The notes under the pieces: generated by a model
What the model saw: only the letters and a program-made list of their open reading frames with translations
Database searches by the model: none
Told to the model about the DNA's origin: nothing
Source: Bacilli bacterium
GTDB taxonomy: Bacteria > Bacillota_I > Bacilli_A > RF39 > UBA660
Direction: 5' to 3'
Assembly (NCBI GenBank): GCA_036653735.1
Contig: JAVVTI010000002.1
Coordinates: 1 to 60,079, forward strand
DNA length: 60,079 bases
Translations under genes and position numbers: made by a program
Shown: piece after piece, positions 1-9,526 of the stretch
Position numbering within the stretch: position 1 is the first letter of the stretch
Layout of the letters: each line of letters begins with the position of its first letter

Positions 1-62
1 TGAGTGTATCATCTATATAAGAAAGAGGCAAATGAGTGTTTTTATAAATTAAGTATATTAAA

Positions 63-111
63 AGTTCTAAATTATTGAAAATGGTTTAATCATTTTCAAT
101 AATTTAGAACT
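63..111 (-). terminator. Long perfect hairpin (21-bp arms, 7-nt loop) just downstream of the pilin gene. Probable bidirectional intrinsic terminator.
   Basis: agttctaaattattgaaaatg (63-83) and cattttcaataatttagaact (91-111) are exact reverse complements. Flanks are T-rich on both strands. Confidence 0.6.
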
Positions 112-184
112 CTATTTTCTATTGATTATATAAAATTTAGTAATTGTTAACATAATTATTATAATTCAATTATATTTGAGACTT

Positions 185-565
185 TTAATTATCAGTTTTG
201 AAATCACCACATTGCATATTAACTTTAACTACATTACCATTTGAGAAAACAATGTTGCCAACACAATCATTACCTTTAAAAACTAAATCTTTTAAGTATT
301 CAGCTTTTTCTAACAGCTGAAGTGTTACTTCTCCGGTAAATGGAGCTTTTAGTGCACATTCCTTACCTGGAATAGGATATTCACAGTAGTCCTGGAAATA
401 CAATTCTCCTGCTTTTTTAACAAGATCAACTTGAGTATCAAAAGCCTTTTTTTGTGCTTTATTATATATTTTTAATACATTGGGCACAGCCATCGTAACA
501 ATTATACCTAGAAGAGCTATTACCGCTAATAGTTCTATTAATGTAAAACCTTTTTCTTTTTCCAT
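185..565 (-). CDS. Prepilin-type N-terminal cleavage/methylation domain protein (type IV pilin / ComGC-like pseudopilin)
   Basis: N-terminus MEKEKG|FTLIELLAVIALLGIIV is a class III signal with Glu at +5. A C-terminal Cys pair (C..C) is typical of the pilin D-region. Confidence 0.8.
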   Translation of the reverse strand: MEKEKGFTLIELLAVIALLGIIVTMAVPNVLKIYNKAQKKAFDTQVDLVKKAGELYFQDYCEYPIPGKECALKAPFTGEVTLQLLEKAEYLKDLVFKGNDCVGNIVFSNGNVVKVNMQCGDFKTDN

Positions 566-616
566 ATTATACCTTCTTTACTATTAAATTTTATTATAAT
601 AATTTATATTTGTCAA

Positions 617-853
617 CTATACATATTTGTCTACATTTTTTGGAACTTTATCATTTATAATCATATCAATAATTCTATCTTCCTTATCTTTAGAAACATC
701 TTTACCAGTTAAAGTACTTATTTCTGATATGATATCTTTAAGAACTGTTTTATCTTTGAAATTTCCATCTTGTAACTTCTTGGCAAGAGAAATTATAGTT
801 TCCTTATTAACCTTGGTTTTTTCTTCTATTTTATTAAATAATTCATTATCCAT
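617..853 (-). CDS. Stage VI sporulation protein F (SpoVIF/YjcC)-like small protein
   Basis: 78 aa: MDNELFNKIEEKTKVNKETIISLAKKLQDGNFKDKTVLKDIISEIS..GKDVSKDKEDRIIDMIINDKVP matches my recollection of the SpoVIF family pattern. The ATG at 853 has an AGGTGA RBS; the ORF-track start at 880 is TTG with no RBS. Confidence 0.55.
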   Translation of the reverse strand: MDNELFNKIEEKTKVNKETIISLAKKLQDGNFKDKTVLKDIISEISTLTGKDVSKDKEDRIIDMIINDKVPKNVDKYV

Positions 854-893
854 ATTTTCACCTAATATAATATATGGCAAATGCCTTTATAGG

Positions 894-2207
894 TTACTTA
901 TTCTCACCTTTATTTTTAAACTGGAGAATAATAGGCGTTCCTTTAAAATCAATGCTACTTCTAATTTTGTTTTCTAGATATCTTTTATATGAAAAATGAA
1001 TAAGCATTCTAGAATTAACTTCTATATCAAACCTAGGAGGTTTGATACCACTTTGATGACAAAAATATATTTTAGGTCTTTTATTTTTTACTATAGGAGC
1101 TGGGTTTTCAATATATGCATCAGTTATTATTTCATTAATAACCGAAGTTTTTACTTCTTTAATAGTATTTTCATATGAAAGAAGAACCTCAGGCATTAAT
1201 GTATGTATTCTCTTTTTAGTAAGGGCACTTAGAAAAACTATACTAGCCCATGGTAGGAATTGAAATTCATCTTTAATAGTTGCTGTCATTTTTTTTATAT
1301 ATTCTTCTTTTTCATCTATTAAATCCCACTTATTAACAACAAGTACTATGGCTTTTCCTGCTTCTAAAGCATATGATGCAATATGCTTATCATGTTCAAC
1401 TATACCTTCTAATCCATCAAGAACAAGTAAACAAACATCACTTCTATCTATTGCTTTCATACTTCTGATTAAGCTATACTTCTCAACAGACTCAAATATT
1501 CTTCCTTTTTTTCTAAGACCTGCTGTATCTATTAATATGTAATCACTTCCATTATACTTAAAAGGTGTATCAATAGCATCTCTAGTAGTTCCGGCTACAT
1601 CACTTACTATTACTCTTTCTTCATTAAGTAATGCATTTACTAAACTACTTTTACCAGTATTAGGTCTACCTATTACACAAAACTTTAACTTATTTTCATC
1701 TTCATCAATATAATTATTAAAATCTTTAGTAATAAAATTAAACATATCATTAATTCCAAAGTTTTGCTCACCACTAACTTCAAAGTAATCATCAAATCCT
1801 AACTTATAAAAATCATAAATATTATCTCTAGCTACTCTAGCATCAACCTTATTAATAGCTACTACTACCTTTTTTCCGCATCTTTTTAATTTGTCACGGA
1901 TAATTAAATCATTAGAAGTTATACCATCTTTTCCATCGACTACTAGGACAATAACGTCACTTTCTTCTATAGCAATATCTACTTGCATATTTACTTGCGT
2001 ATTAAAGTCTCCATCAGATAAATCAATACCTCCAGTATCTATTAAACCAAATGTTTTACCAAAAAAATCAACATTAGAGTATATTCTATCTCTTGTTACA
2101 CCAGGATGATCTTCAATTATAGCTTCTCTCTTACCAACTAGTTTATTAAATATAGTACTTTTACCAGTATTAGGTCTTCCAACAAGTGCTACAGTATATT
2201 TTTTCAT
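894..2207 (-). CDS. der: Ribosome-associated GTPase Der (EngA), with two tandem GTPase domains plus a KH-like C-terminus
   Basis: Two G1 motifs (GRPNTGKST at residues ~10 and ~181), DTGG/DTAG and NKVD/NKWD motifs, 437 aa. Confidence 0.95.
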   Translation of the reverse strand: MKKYTVALVGRPNTGKSTIFNKLVGKREAIIEDHPGVTRDRIYSNVDFFGKTFGLIDTGGIDLSDGDFNTQVNMQVDIAIEESDVIVLVVDGKDGITSNDLIIRDKLKRCGKKVVVAINKVDARVARDNIYDFYKLGFDDYFEVSGEQNFGINDMFNFITKDFNNYIDEDENKLKFCVIGRPNTGKSSLVNALLNEERVIVSDVAGTTRDAIDTPFKYNGSDYILIDTAGLRKKGRIFESVEKYSLIRSMKAIDRSDVCLLVLDGLEGIVEHDKHIASYALEAGKAIVLVVNKWDLIDEKEEYIKKMTATIKDEFQFLPWASIVFLSALTKKRIHTLMPEVLLSYENTIKEVKTSVINEIITDAYIENPAPIVKNKRPKIYFCHQSGIKPPRFDIEVNSRMLIHFSYKRYLENKIRSSIDFKGTPIILQFKNKGENK

Positions 2208-2302
2208 AAAAGACCCCTCCGTTTTCTAGAATAGAGTATAACATAAAATGAGAATATTATAAAGTTAAATCTCTATAAGTATTCTCACATGCATAATAAC
2301 TA

Positions 2303-2980
2303 TTATATATTATCTTGAGTAATTATCTTAACTTTTAGATAGTTTCGCCAACCATTGTTATCTGGTGTATCATCATTTCCATCTTTATAAACACCTAATA
2401 CTCTCCACTCAACATCTCCATTTTTAAGCCAGTTATTAACTTCTGTTCCCTTATATAAGCAATAAGGATTAGCTTCATCAATTGTAGTACAATCACAATC
2501 AAAACCAGCAGCTTTTTTTGCAGCAAGATCTTTACAAATTATATCAAGTAAATCACCACTTTTAGTAGAGCCGGTTTTTCCTTCCCAAATAGCTATATAT
2601 GAATTATTTAAATATCTTACTAAAACCTTTTTGTCATTCATATTAGATTTGTCTCTAGGATCAACTATACAATCTTCTTCAATTTGTCCACTCTTACATT
2701 TATCATCTGCTTTTAGATATCCTCCTACAAGTAAATCCTTAATAGGAACTTCTATCTCAGTTTTATTAGTACCAAGAGAATTAAACAGAGCCTTTCTATC
2801 TTGAGCATATACTTCTGCTGCTGACAAAATTAAATTCTTTTTTGATTCATATACCCTATTGTTAATATTCTTTACTATTAAAAATGTACTTGGTACCACA
2901 ATTAAAATCATTATACCAATAATAGCGATAACTGAGAGAATTTCAACTATTGTAAAGCCTTTCTTATTTAAACATTTCAT
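2303..2980 (-). CDS. Prepilin-type N-terminal cleavage/methylation domain protein (larger pilin-like protein)
   Basis: MKCLNKKG|FTIVEILSVIAIIGIMILIV class III signal with Glu+5. The motif LLVGGYLKADDKC..C resembles the other pilin-like ORFs in the window. Confidence 0.75.
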   Translation of the reverse strand: MKCLNKKGFTIVEILSVIAIIGIMILIVVPSTFLIVKNINNRVYESKKNLILSAAEVYAQDRKALFNSLGTNKTEIEVPIKDLLVGGYLKADDKCKSGQIEEDCIVDPRDKSNMNDKKVLVRYLNNSYIAIWEGKTGSTKSGDLLDIICKDLAAKKAAGFDCDCTTIDEANPYCLYKGTEVNNWLKNGDVEWRVLGVYKDGNDDTPDNNGWRNYLKVKIITQDNI

Positions 2981-3000
2981 AAACTTGTCCTCCTTTTATT

Positions 3001-3516
3001 TTATGAGATTTTAATCTTTCCACTAAACGTTTTACCCATATCTGCCCCTTGATTTCCTTCTATTTCTGCGTATGTAACGCTTAATGTATAAGTATGAGTA
3101 ATACCTTTATCTATAGATATATTATTTATAATACTCACATCACTTTGAGATGTAGGTATACTTGTTTTAGTAATATTTGCTCCTGTTTGTGTGCATGTTA
3201 AAGTATAAGTTAATAAATCTTTATTAACTAAAGTATTAACAAGTTCAGTCCATAAAATATTATATGACACTGCCTCATCACCATCGTTTTGAATACTAAA
3301 TGTCTTAGTTTGAGTCCAACCTGGGGATATTTTACTACCATTTATTGCATTAGTATCCATAAATTTAACTTTAAGTTCTTTAAAAGATACATTAATACTA
3401 CTAGTATTATTAATACCTAATATTTCGGTTTTATAAAAAGCATAAGAAAAGCCAATATAACCAAGTAATAAAGAAAATACTATGCCAATAATCAAAATAA
3501 TCTTTATTCTTTTCAT
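3001..3516 (-). CDS. Secreted beta-rich protein with a SipW-type (TasA/camelysin-like) signal peptide
   Basis: The hydrophobic N-terminus is followed by GFSYAFYKTE, which resembles the T-[FY]-A-[YF]-F-[ST]-D-x-E motif of SipW-dependent signals. The C-terminus ..EGNQGADMGKTFSGKIKIS resembles the N-x-x-QG...F-x-F end of TasA/camelysin-family proteins. Motif recall only. Confidence 0.4.
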   Translation of the reverse strand: MKRIKIILIIGIVFSLLLGYIGFSYAFYKTEILGINNTSSINVSFKELKVKFMDTNAINGSKISPGWTQTKTFSIQNDGDEAVSYNILWTELVNTLVNKDLLTYTLTCTQTGANITKTSIPTSQSDVSIINNISIDKGITHTYTLSVTYAEIEGNQGADMGKTFSGKIKIS

Positions 3517-3571
3517 AACTTATCTCCTATATTTAAATTATACTTTAAAAATATAATAAATTCAAGAAAAA

Positions 3572-3793
3572 TCATTTAGTTATATCAATTATTTTTGTAA
3601 TAATGTCAATTGTACTTAAAGCATTATCTATTTTATCAGTAACTCTTAAATGATGAACATCTTTCATTTCTTCTATCATTTCATTAATAGAAGATGCATC
3701 TCTATTAAGAATTTTATACCAAGAAGAGTTTTCTCTTAAATATTTTAAATATCTAGGATTTTCTTTTAACTTATTTTGCACAACTATATTCAT
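3572..3793 (-). CDS. YlbE-like small protein
   Basis: 73 aa: ..NPRYLKYLRENSSWYKILNRD.. matches the YlbE pattern (..P.L..FIR.NP.WYR.L.RDP). It lies immediately downstream of the YlbD-like gene, as in Bacillus. Confidence 0.55.
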   Translation of the reverse strand: MNIVVQNKLKENPRYLKYLRENSSWYKILNRDASSINEMIEEMKDVHHLRVTDKIDNALSTIDIITKIIDITK

Positions 3794-4147
3794 TTAATCA
3801 CTATAAAACCTATCTATATCCTTAAACTTAGTAGATTTACTCTCCTTTTCTTTCTTAGAATCATTTCTAAGTCCTGTTAAATCTTCTAAAAGAGAAACAG
3901 CTTTTTGAACAGTACTTAAATTACTTTGTAAATTATCAGGATTAATACCTTTTAATGAATTAATAATATTTTTCATATTAAAACTTGTTTCACTTGTTTC
4001 ACCAAGTAAAGCCCATACTTCAGAATTTTCACCATACATATCATAAGTTTCATATAATTGTTGATACGTATATTTCTTATCTAAGATATTCTTAGCAAAC
4101 TTAGGGTTACTCTTTATAAAAGTTTTAAACTCATCTAACTTACTCAT
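3794..4147 (-). CDS. YlbD-like putative spore coat protein
   Basis: MSKLDEFKTFIKSNPKFAKNI...YQQLYETYDMYGENSEVW resembles B. subtilis YlbD (..VEQFKTFVKKHPKLIKEV..WQEVYENWTVLGEDDEIW). The ATG at 4147 has an AGGAG RBS. Confidence 0.55.
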   Translation of the reverse strand: MSKLDEFKTFIKSNPKFAKNILDKKYTYQQLYETYDMYGENSEVWALLGETSETSFNMKNIINSLKGINPDNLQSNLSTVQKAVSLLEDLTGLRNDSKKEKESKSTKFKDIDRFYSD

Positions 4148-4191
4148 ATATACTCCTATTAACATAATATGCATATATTTATAATATTATC

Positions 4192-6726
4192 TTACAATTT
4201 AAACTCATCAAAGAAATCACTCATAGTTAGATTATCATTTATTTTAGTTTCTTTTAATACTGGATTTTCTTCTTTTACTTTATCATCATTAATAATATTT
4301 TCTTCTTTAGAAGTAATTGTTAATAAAACAGGCTTTTCTATGATATTAATTACATCTTTTTTAGTATATAAAGATCCTACTGATAATAAATCAGATATGA
4401 CAGTATCACTTGCTTTTAATTCATTTATTTCATCACTAACTATATTACAAATACTTTTAGATGAAGAATTAATTACATTTTTAATATAATATTTCTTACT
4501 TTTAGGACTCTTAATTAATAAAGAACCTTTTTTAGCTCTAGTAGTTTTTAATATCTCTATAATTTTAACTCTTTTACATGTATTTTTATCAGTAAAAATA
4601 GTAGCATAATCTTTTAATATATCTATGACAAAAGCACTTACTACAGCATCATCTTTAAGATTCATAAGTTTAACACCACTTGTTCTTAGACCAACAGTTG
4701 GGATTTCCTGTGTACTAAATTTAACAGCGTAACCATTTTTACTTACAGATAGTACTTGATCACCCATATTATCACTTACACTTACTACCTCATCGTTTTC
4801 TTTTAATTTAATACACATAATAGCTTTAGAGTATCTTTGGACTATTAAATCTTTTTGATATATTCTTTTTACCATACCTAGTTTAGTAAATATAGTAATG
4901 TAACTATTATTTTCATTAACTAGAGGCATAGATTTAATTATCTTTTCATTATCACTAATACTTACTATAGAACCAATAAAATCTCCTACATCCTTGTATT
5001 TAGTTTCATTTAAGTTTCTAAGAGGAACATATAAATAATTACCAAGAGAAGTAAATAATACAACTGTATTAACATTATTTAATTTATAAATGCTTTCTAA
5101 GTAATCTCCTTCTTTTAATCCAGTAGATTCTTTTTCATAAGCATTATAACTTTTAAGGGTTACCTTCTTTATATAACCAGCTTTAGAAATACAAACAATA
5201 TAATCATCTTTACTAATCATATCTAACTCATCTATTTCTATAGAAGTTATTTCATCATTAATAATACTTCTTCTTTTAGTTTTAAATTCATTTCTTACTT
5301 CTATTAACTCATTTTTCATTACTTCTTTTAATGCTTCTTCATCATTTAATATATGAGTTAATTCTTTTATTAAAATACATAGTTTATCATACTCTTCTCT
5401 TAATATAGTAACATCTGTATTAGTTAACTTATAAAGTTGCATCATAACAATAGCTTCAGCTTGAATACGTGTAAAATCATAAGTATCTACTAAATTATTA
5501 ATAGCATCACTTTTATCTTTACTTTTTCTTATTAAAGCAACTATTTCATCGAGTATATCCATTGCTCTAATGAAACCTTCTATTATATGTAAACGAGCAC
5601 TAGCATGATCTAAATCAAACTTAGTTCTTTTATGTACTACTTGCTTCTTATGTTCAATAAATGCATCAAGTGCCTCTAAAATACCCAAATACTTTGGTCT
5701 TTTATTAACTATAGCAACCATATTAAAAGAGTAAGTTACTTGCATATCAGTATTCTTAAGTAAATAATTAGTAATAAGTATTGCATTAGCACCCTTTTTA
5801 AGATCTAGAGCTATCCTTAACTCATCATTTTTATCGGATTCATCTCTTACCTCTACTATACCATCTATTTTTTTATTAATACGAATTTCTTCTATTTTCT
5901 TAATTATATTACATTTCAGAGTATCATAAGGAATCTCGGTAATAATAATTTGCTCATTACCTTTATTTTTAACTATTTCAAACTTACTTTTAACAACTAT
6001 TTTACCTCTACCTGTTTTATAAGCTTTTAATATCTCGGATTTACCTTCAATAATACCGCCTGTAGAAAAATCAGGTCCCTTAATAATATTAGTAATAGTT
6101 TCAAAAGAACAATCAGGTTTATCTATTCTTTTAATAGTAGCATTTATTACTTCTTCTAGATTATGAGCAGGTATATTAGTAGCATATCCAGCACTTATAC
6201 CAGATGCTCCATTAACAAGTAAATTAGGAAAGTTAGCTGGAAGTACAGTAGGTTCTTCTTGATCATCATCAAATGTAGGAGCCATATCAACAGTATTTTT
6301 TTCTAAATCTTTTAAAAGAACATTACTTATTTTAGTAAGTCTTGCCTCAGTATAACGCATAGCCGCAGGACCATCTCCATCAATAGAACCATTGTTACCT
6401 TGTATTTCTACTAGGAGTTCTCTTTGTTTCCACTTTTGAGATAAACGAACCATTGCATCATATACAGAAGTATCTCCATGAGGATGATAATTACCTATAA
6501 CATTACCAACAGTTTTAGCACTTTTTTTAGTTTCTCTATCATATGTATTTCTATCTTTATACATAGAAAAAAGTATTCTTCTTTGAACGGGTTTTAAACC
6601 ATCCCTAGCATCAGGGAGTGCTCTATCTTGGATAATATATTTAGAATATCTTCCAAAACGTTCTCCCATAATCTCTTCTAAAGAATATTCATATACTTTT
6701 TCTACTATTGTTTTCTCTTTTTTCAT
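4192..6726 (-). CDS. parC: DNA topoisomerase IV subunit A
   Basis: RALPDARDGLKPVQRRILFSMY and HPHGDTSVYDAMVRLSQ are present, and no GyrA-box (QRRGGKG) is seen in the C-terminal domain. It lies directly downstream of the B subunit. The ATG at 6726 has a GGTGA RBS. Confidence 0.82.
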   Translation of the reverse strand: MKKEKTIVEKVYEYSLEEIMGERFGRYSKYIIQDRALPDARDGLKPVQRRILFSMYKDRNTYDRETKKSAKTVGNVIGNYHPHGDTSVYDAMVRLSQKWKQRELLVEIQGNNGSIDGDGPAAMRYTEARLTKISNVLLKDLEKNTVDMAPTFDDDQEEPTVLPANFPNLLVNGASGISAGYATNIPAHNLEEVINATIKRIDKPDCSFETITNIIKGPDFSTGGIIEGKSEILKAYKTGRGKIVVKSKFEIVKNKGNEQIIITEIPYDTLKCNIIKKIEEIRINKKIDGIVEVRDESDKNDELRIALDLKKGANAILITNYLLKNTDMQVTYSFNMVAIVNKRPKYLGILEALDAFIEHKKQVVHKRTKFDLDHASARLHIIEGFIRAMDILDEIVALIRKSKDKSDAINNLVDTYDFTRIQAEAIVMMQLYKLTNTDVTILREEYDKLCILIKELTHILNDEEALKEVMKNELIEVRNEFKTKRRSIINDEITSIEIDELDMISKDDYIVCISKAGYIKKVTLKSYNAYEKESTGLKEGDYLESIYKLNNVNTVVLFTSLGNYLYVPLRNLNETKYKDVGDFIGSIVSISDNEKIIKSMPLVNENNSYITIFTKLGMVKRIYQKDLIVQRYSKAIMCIKLKENDEVVSVSDNMGDQVLSVSKNGYAVKFSTQEIPTVGLRTSGVKLMNLKDDAVVSAFVIDILKDYATIFTDKNTCKRVKIIEILKTTRAKKGSLLIKSPKSKKYYIKNVINSSSKSICNIVSDEINELKASDTVISDLLSVGSLYTKKDVINIIEKPVLLTITSKEENIINDDKVKEENPVLKETKINDNLTMSDFFDEFKL

Positions 6727-6735
6727 ATATATCAC

Positions 6736-8649
6736 CTACTTCTTTTTCTTAACTTCAAATTCATCTTCTAGTGAAAATTCAACATTTTCTTCTATCCATT
6801 CTTTACGAGGTTCTACTGCATCTCCCATAAGAACATCTACTCTTTTTTCAGCAAGAAGAGCATCATTTATAGCAACTCTTATTATACTTCTTGATTCATT
6901 GGACATAGTAGTTTCCCATAATTGATCAGCATTCATTTCACCTAATCCTTTATATCTTTGTATATTATAGTTTCCTTTATATGTTCTTTTGAAATCATTT
7001 AATTCATCATTAGTATTAAAGTATTTCTTATCTTTACCCATAGTTATTAAATAAAGAGGAGGCATTGCTATATATAACATACCTTGCTCTATTAAGGGTC
7101 TCATAAAACGATAAAAAAATGTAATCAAAAGGCACTGTATATGTGCTCCATCATCATCAGCATCTGTCATAATAATAACTTTACCATAATTACTATCTTC
7201 ATAATTAAAATCTTGACCAACACCTGCATTTATAGCATGAACAATAGTATTAATTTCTTCGTTTTTAAAAAGTTCGACAACAGATGATTTTTCACAGTTA
7301 ATTATTTTACCTCTTAAAGGAAGTATTGCTTGATGCTTTTTATCTCTTCCACTTTTAGCAGTTCCTCCAGCTGAGTTTCCTTCTACAATAAAGAGTTCAT
7401 TCTTCTTATGATCCTTACTTTGAGCTGGTGTAAGTTTACCAATTAATACTCTTTCTTTGTTTAGTTTTCCCTTACCACTTCTAGCTTCTTCTCTTGCTTT
7501 TCTTGATGCTTCTCTTGCATATTTACTCTTTAATGCTTTATCCATAATAGCTTTAGCTGCATTCTTATTCTCTTGTAAATAAAAGGTTAGTTTTTCATAT
7601 ATTAAACTTTCAGTTGCACTTCTTGCACTGGGAGTACCAAGTTTACCTTTAGTTTGTCCTTCAAATTCTAAAATACTTTCTGGTATTTTTAAACTAAGTA
7701 TTGCACTAAGACCCTCTCTTGTATCGTTTCCTTCTATACCATCTTTTCCTTTTAGTAGATTATTAGACTTAATATACTCATTAAAAACTTTAGTTAAGGC
7801 TGCTTTAAAGCCTACCTCATGAGTACCTCCATCAATAGTTTTAACATTATTAACAAATGATATAATTTTTTCACTATATTCATTAGTATACTGTAGAGCA
7901 GCATCAATTATAATACCACCTTTTTCACCATGAATATCAATTACAGGATTAAGTGTCTCTTTACTTTCATTAATTTTTTCTACAAAAGAAACAAGACCAT
8001 TATCATAATGATATATAACTTTTTTATTACTTTCCTCATCTTCTATTTGAGAAGTTAAAGTATTAATAAGAAATGAGCTTTCTTCCAAACGTTCACATAT
8101 TGTAGTAAAACTAAAATAAGTTGAGGTAAATATAGAACTATCAGGCATAAAAGTAATTCTAGTTCCTGTTTTTTTAGTAGTTCCAACTTCTTTTAAATTC
8201 TTATCAAGTTTACCACCATCTTTAAAAGATATTTCATGTATTTTACCATCTCTATATATTACAACCTTCATCCACTGTGAAAGGGCATTAACAACACTTG
8301 CTCCTACCCCATGAAGACCTCCACTTACTTTATATCCATCACTTTCAAACTTACCACCAGCATGAAGCATAGTAAATATAACTTCAGGTGTACTCATTCC
8401 ATTTTCATGCTTACCACATGGAATTCCTCTACCTTCATCCTCAATAGTAATACTCTTATCTTTATTAATACGAACATAAATATTAGTTCCATAACCATTA
8501 ATAACTTCATCAATAGCATTATCTATTATTTCCCATACCAAATGATGAAGTCCTCTTTTATCAGTACTACCTATATACATACCAGGTCTTTTTCTAACTG
8601 CTTCTAAACCTTGTAATATTTTTATTGATTTCTCATTATATGTATTCAT
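6736..8649 (-). CDS. parE: DNA topoisomerase IV subunit B
   Basis: GHKL ATPase and TOPRIM motifs (LEAVRKRPGMYIGS, EGNSAGG, PLRGKIIN, DADDDGAHI). Called parE because of the parE-parC order and the GyrA-box-less partner. Confidence 0.82.
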   Translation of the reverse strand: MNTYNEKSIKILQGLEAVRKRPGMYIGSTDKRGLHHLVWEIIDNAIDEVINGYGTNIYVRINKDKSITIEDEGRGIPCGKHENGMSTPEVIFTMLHAGGKFESDGYKVSGGLHGVGASVVNALSQWMKVVIYRDGKIHEISFKDGGKLDKNLKEVGTTKKTGTRITFMPDSSIFTSTYFSFTTICERLEESSFLINTLTSQIEDEESNKKVIYHYDNGLVSFVEKINESKETLNPVIDIHGEKGGIIIDAALQYTNEYSEKIISFVNNVKTIDGGTHEVGFKAALTKVFNEYIKSNNLLKGKDGIEGNDTREGLSAILSLKIPESILEFEGQTKGKLGTPSARSATESLIYEKLTFYLQENKNAAKAIMDKALKSKYAREASRKAREEARSGKGKLNKERVLIGKLTPAQSKDHKKNELFIVEGNSAGGTAKSGRDKKHQAILPLRGKIINCEKSSVVELFKNEEINTIVHAINAGVGQDFNYEDSNYGKVIIMTDADDDGAHIQCLLITFFYRFMRPLIEQGMLYIAMPPLYLITMGKDKKYFNTNDELNDFKRTYKGNYNIQRYKGLGEMNADQLWETTMSNESRSIIRVAINDALLAEKRVDVLMGDAVEPRKEWIEENVEFSLEDEFEVKKKK

Positions 8650-8703
8650 CCTAATTACCTCTTCTTTATAATCATAACATAAATTAAAAAAGACTGTAAA
8701 GTC

Positions 8704-9300
8704 TTATAAATCTAAAAACTCAGTTTCATCATTTTTATTCTTTGACCTATTAGCTTTATAAGTAGGTGCTTTTTCAATTAACTCACTTTTCTCTTTAAAT
8801 ACACTATCAATATCAGTATCATGACTAACTTCATTATTTAAACTCTTATATTGTTCTTCTGTAAGTAAACTGTCTATTTCAAAAGTTCTATCATCAACTA
8901 AATCCTTCATAAACTCTTTATTCTTACTATTTTTCTTACTGCCTTTTTTAAGAAGCAATCTATTAAATATAGATGGTAGAAAAAACATTCCTAGAGAATA
9001 GTAAGCACTTTTCCTATAAATAGATGATAGACGACCATTTACTTTAATAAATAAAACTATATTACCAATAGGAATAAATAAAAGTAAATAATAAAAAAGT
9101 GGTATACCTGTTATTTTAAGTAAAATATATAGATTATAAAATGGAATAAAAGCATAATATAATTTATAGTCTTTATCCTTAAATACTTTGTATAAAGATG
9201 TCATAATAAATACAACATATAAAACAGATAAACTATAAGATATAACTAAGAATATATTAATAACATTAATAAAATAAGTTGAAAAAAGAACATTTTCCAT
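8704..9300 (-). CDS. Multi-pass membrane protein (DUF5684-like) with an acidic C-terminal tail
   Basis: FIPFYNLYILLKITGIPLFYYLLLFIPIGNIVLFI resembles the DUF5684 signature. About 4 TM helices. Confidence 0.5.
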   Translation of the reverse strand: MENVLFSTYFINVINIFLVISYSLSVLYVVFIMTSLYKVFKDKDYKLYYAFIPFYNLYILLKITGIPLFYYLLLFIPIGNIVLFIKVNGRLSSIYRKSAYYSLGMFFLPSIFNRLLLKKGSKKNSKNKEFMKDLVDDRTFEIDSLLTEEQYKSLNNEVSHDTDIDSVFKEKSELIEKAPTYKANRSKNKNDETEFLDL

Positions 9301-9384
9301 ATAATCACTTTCCTTCTCTATTATTAATTTTACAATAAATTATTCATTAAATCAAATGATTTTTCTAAAAATACTTAAAAGTAC

Positions 9385-9413
9385 TTGCAAAATACCAAAA
9401 TATATATTAAAAT
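9385..9413 (+). promoter_or_regulatory. Sigma-A-type promoter for the tRNA-Ile/tRNA-Glu pair
   Basis: TTGCAA (9385-9390), a 17-nt spacer, then TAAAAT (9408-9413), about 20 nt upstream of the tRNA. Confidence 0.5.
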
Positions 9414-9433
9414 AGATTAGGTTTTCAAGAAAT

Positions 9434-9510
9434 GGGCTTGTAGCTCAGCTGGTTAGAGCGTTCGTCTGATAAGCGAGAGGTCGAAGGTCCAAGTCCTTCC
9501 AGGCCCACCA
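9434..9510 (+). tRNA. tRNA-Ile (anticodon GAU), CCA encoded, with an unusual C55 in the T-loop
   Basis: Cloverleaf read by hand: acceptor gggcttg/caggccc, anticodon loop ctGATaa, T-arm gaagg-tccaagt-ccttc. Confidence 0.9.
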
Positions 9511-9526
9511 TTTTTTTAAAACATAT

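Noticed and set aside
4192-8649. Whether this pair is gyrB-gyrA rather than parE-parC, and whether the QRDR (HPHGDTSVYD) indicates quinolone resistance.
   Set aside because: No GyrA-box was seen, and the dnaA/dnaN/recF context is absent, so parE-parC is favoured. Thr at the Ser-80/83 position and Asp at 84/87 occur as wild-type, susceptible residues in other species, so no resistance inference is made.
9300-9435. The divergent strand switch at about 9.3-9.4 kb (minus genes to the left, plus genes to the right) as a possible replication origin. The convergent switch at 17.65 kb as a possible terminus.
   Set aside because: No DnaA-box cluster (TTATCCACA-like) and no dnaA/dnaN are nearby. The plus-strand block is only about 8 kb, which fits a local inversion or operon orientation better than ori/ter.
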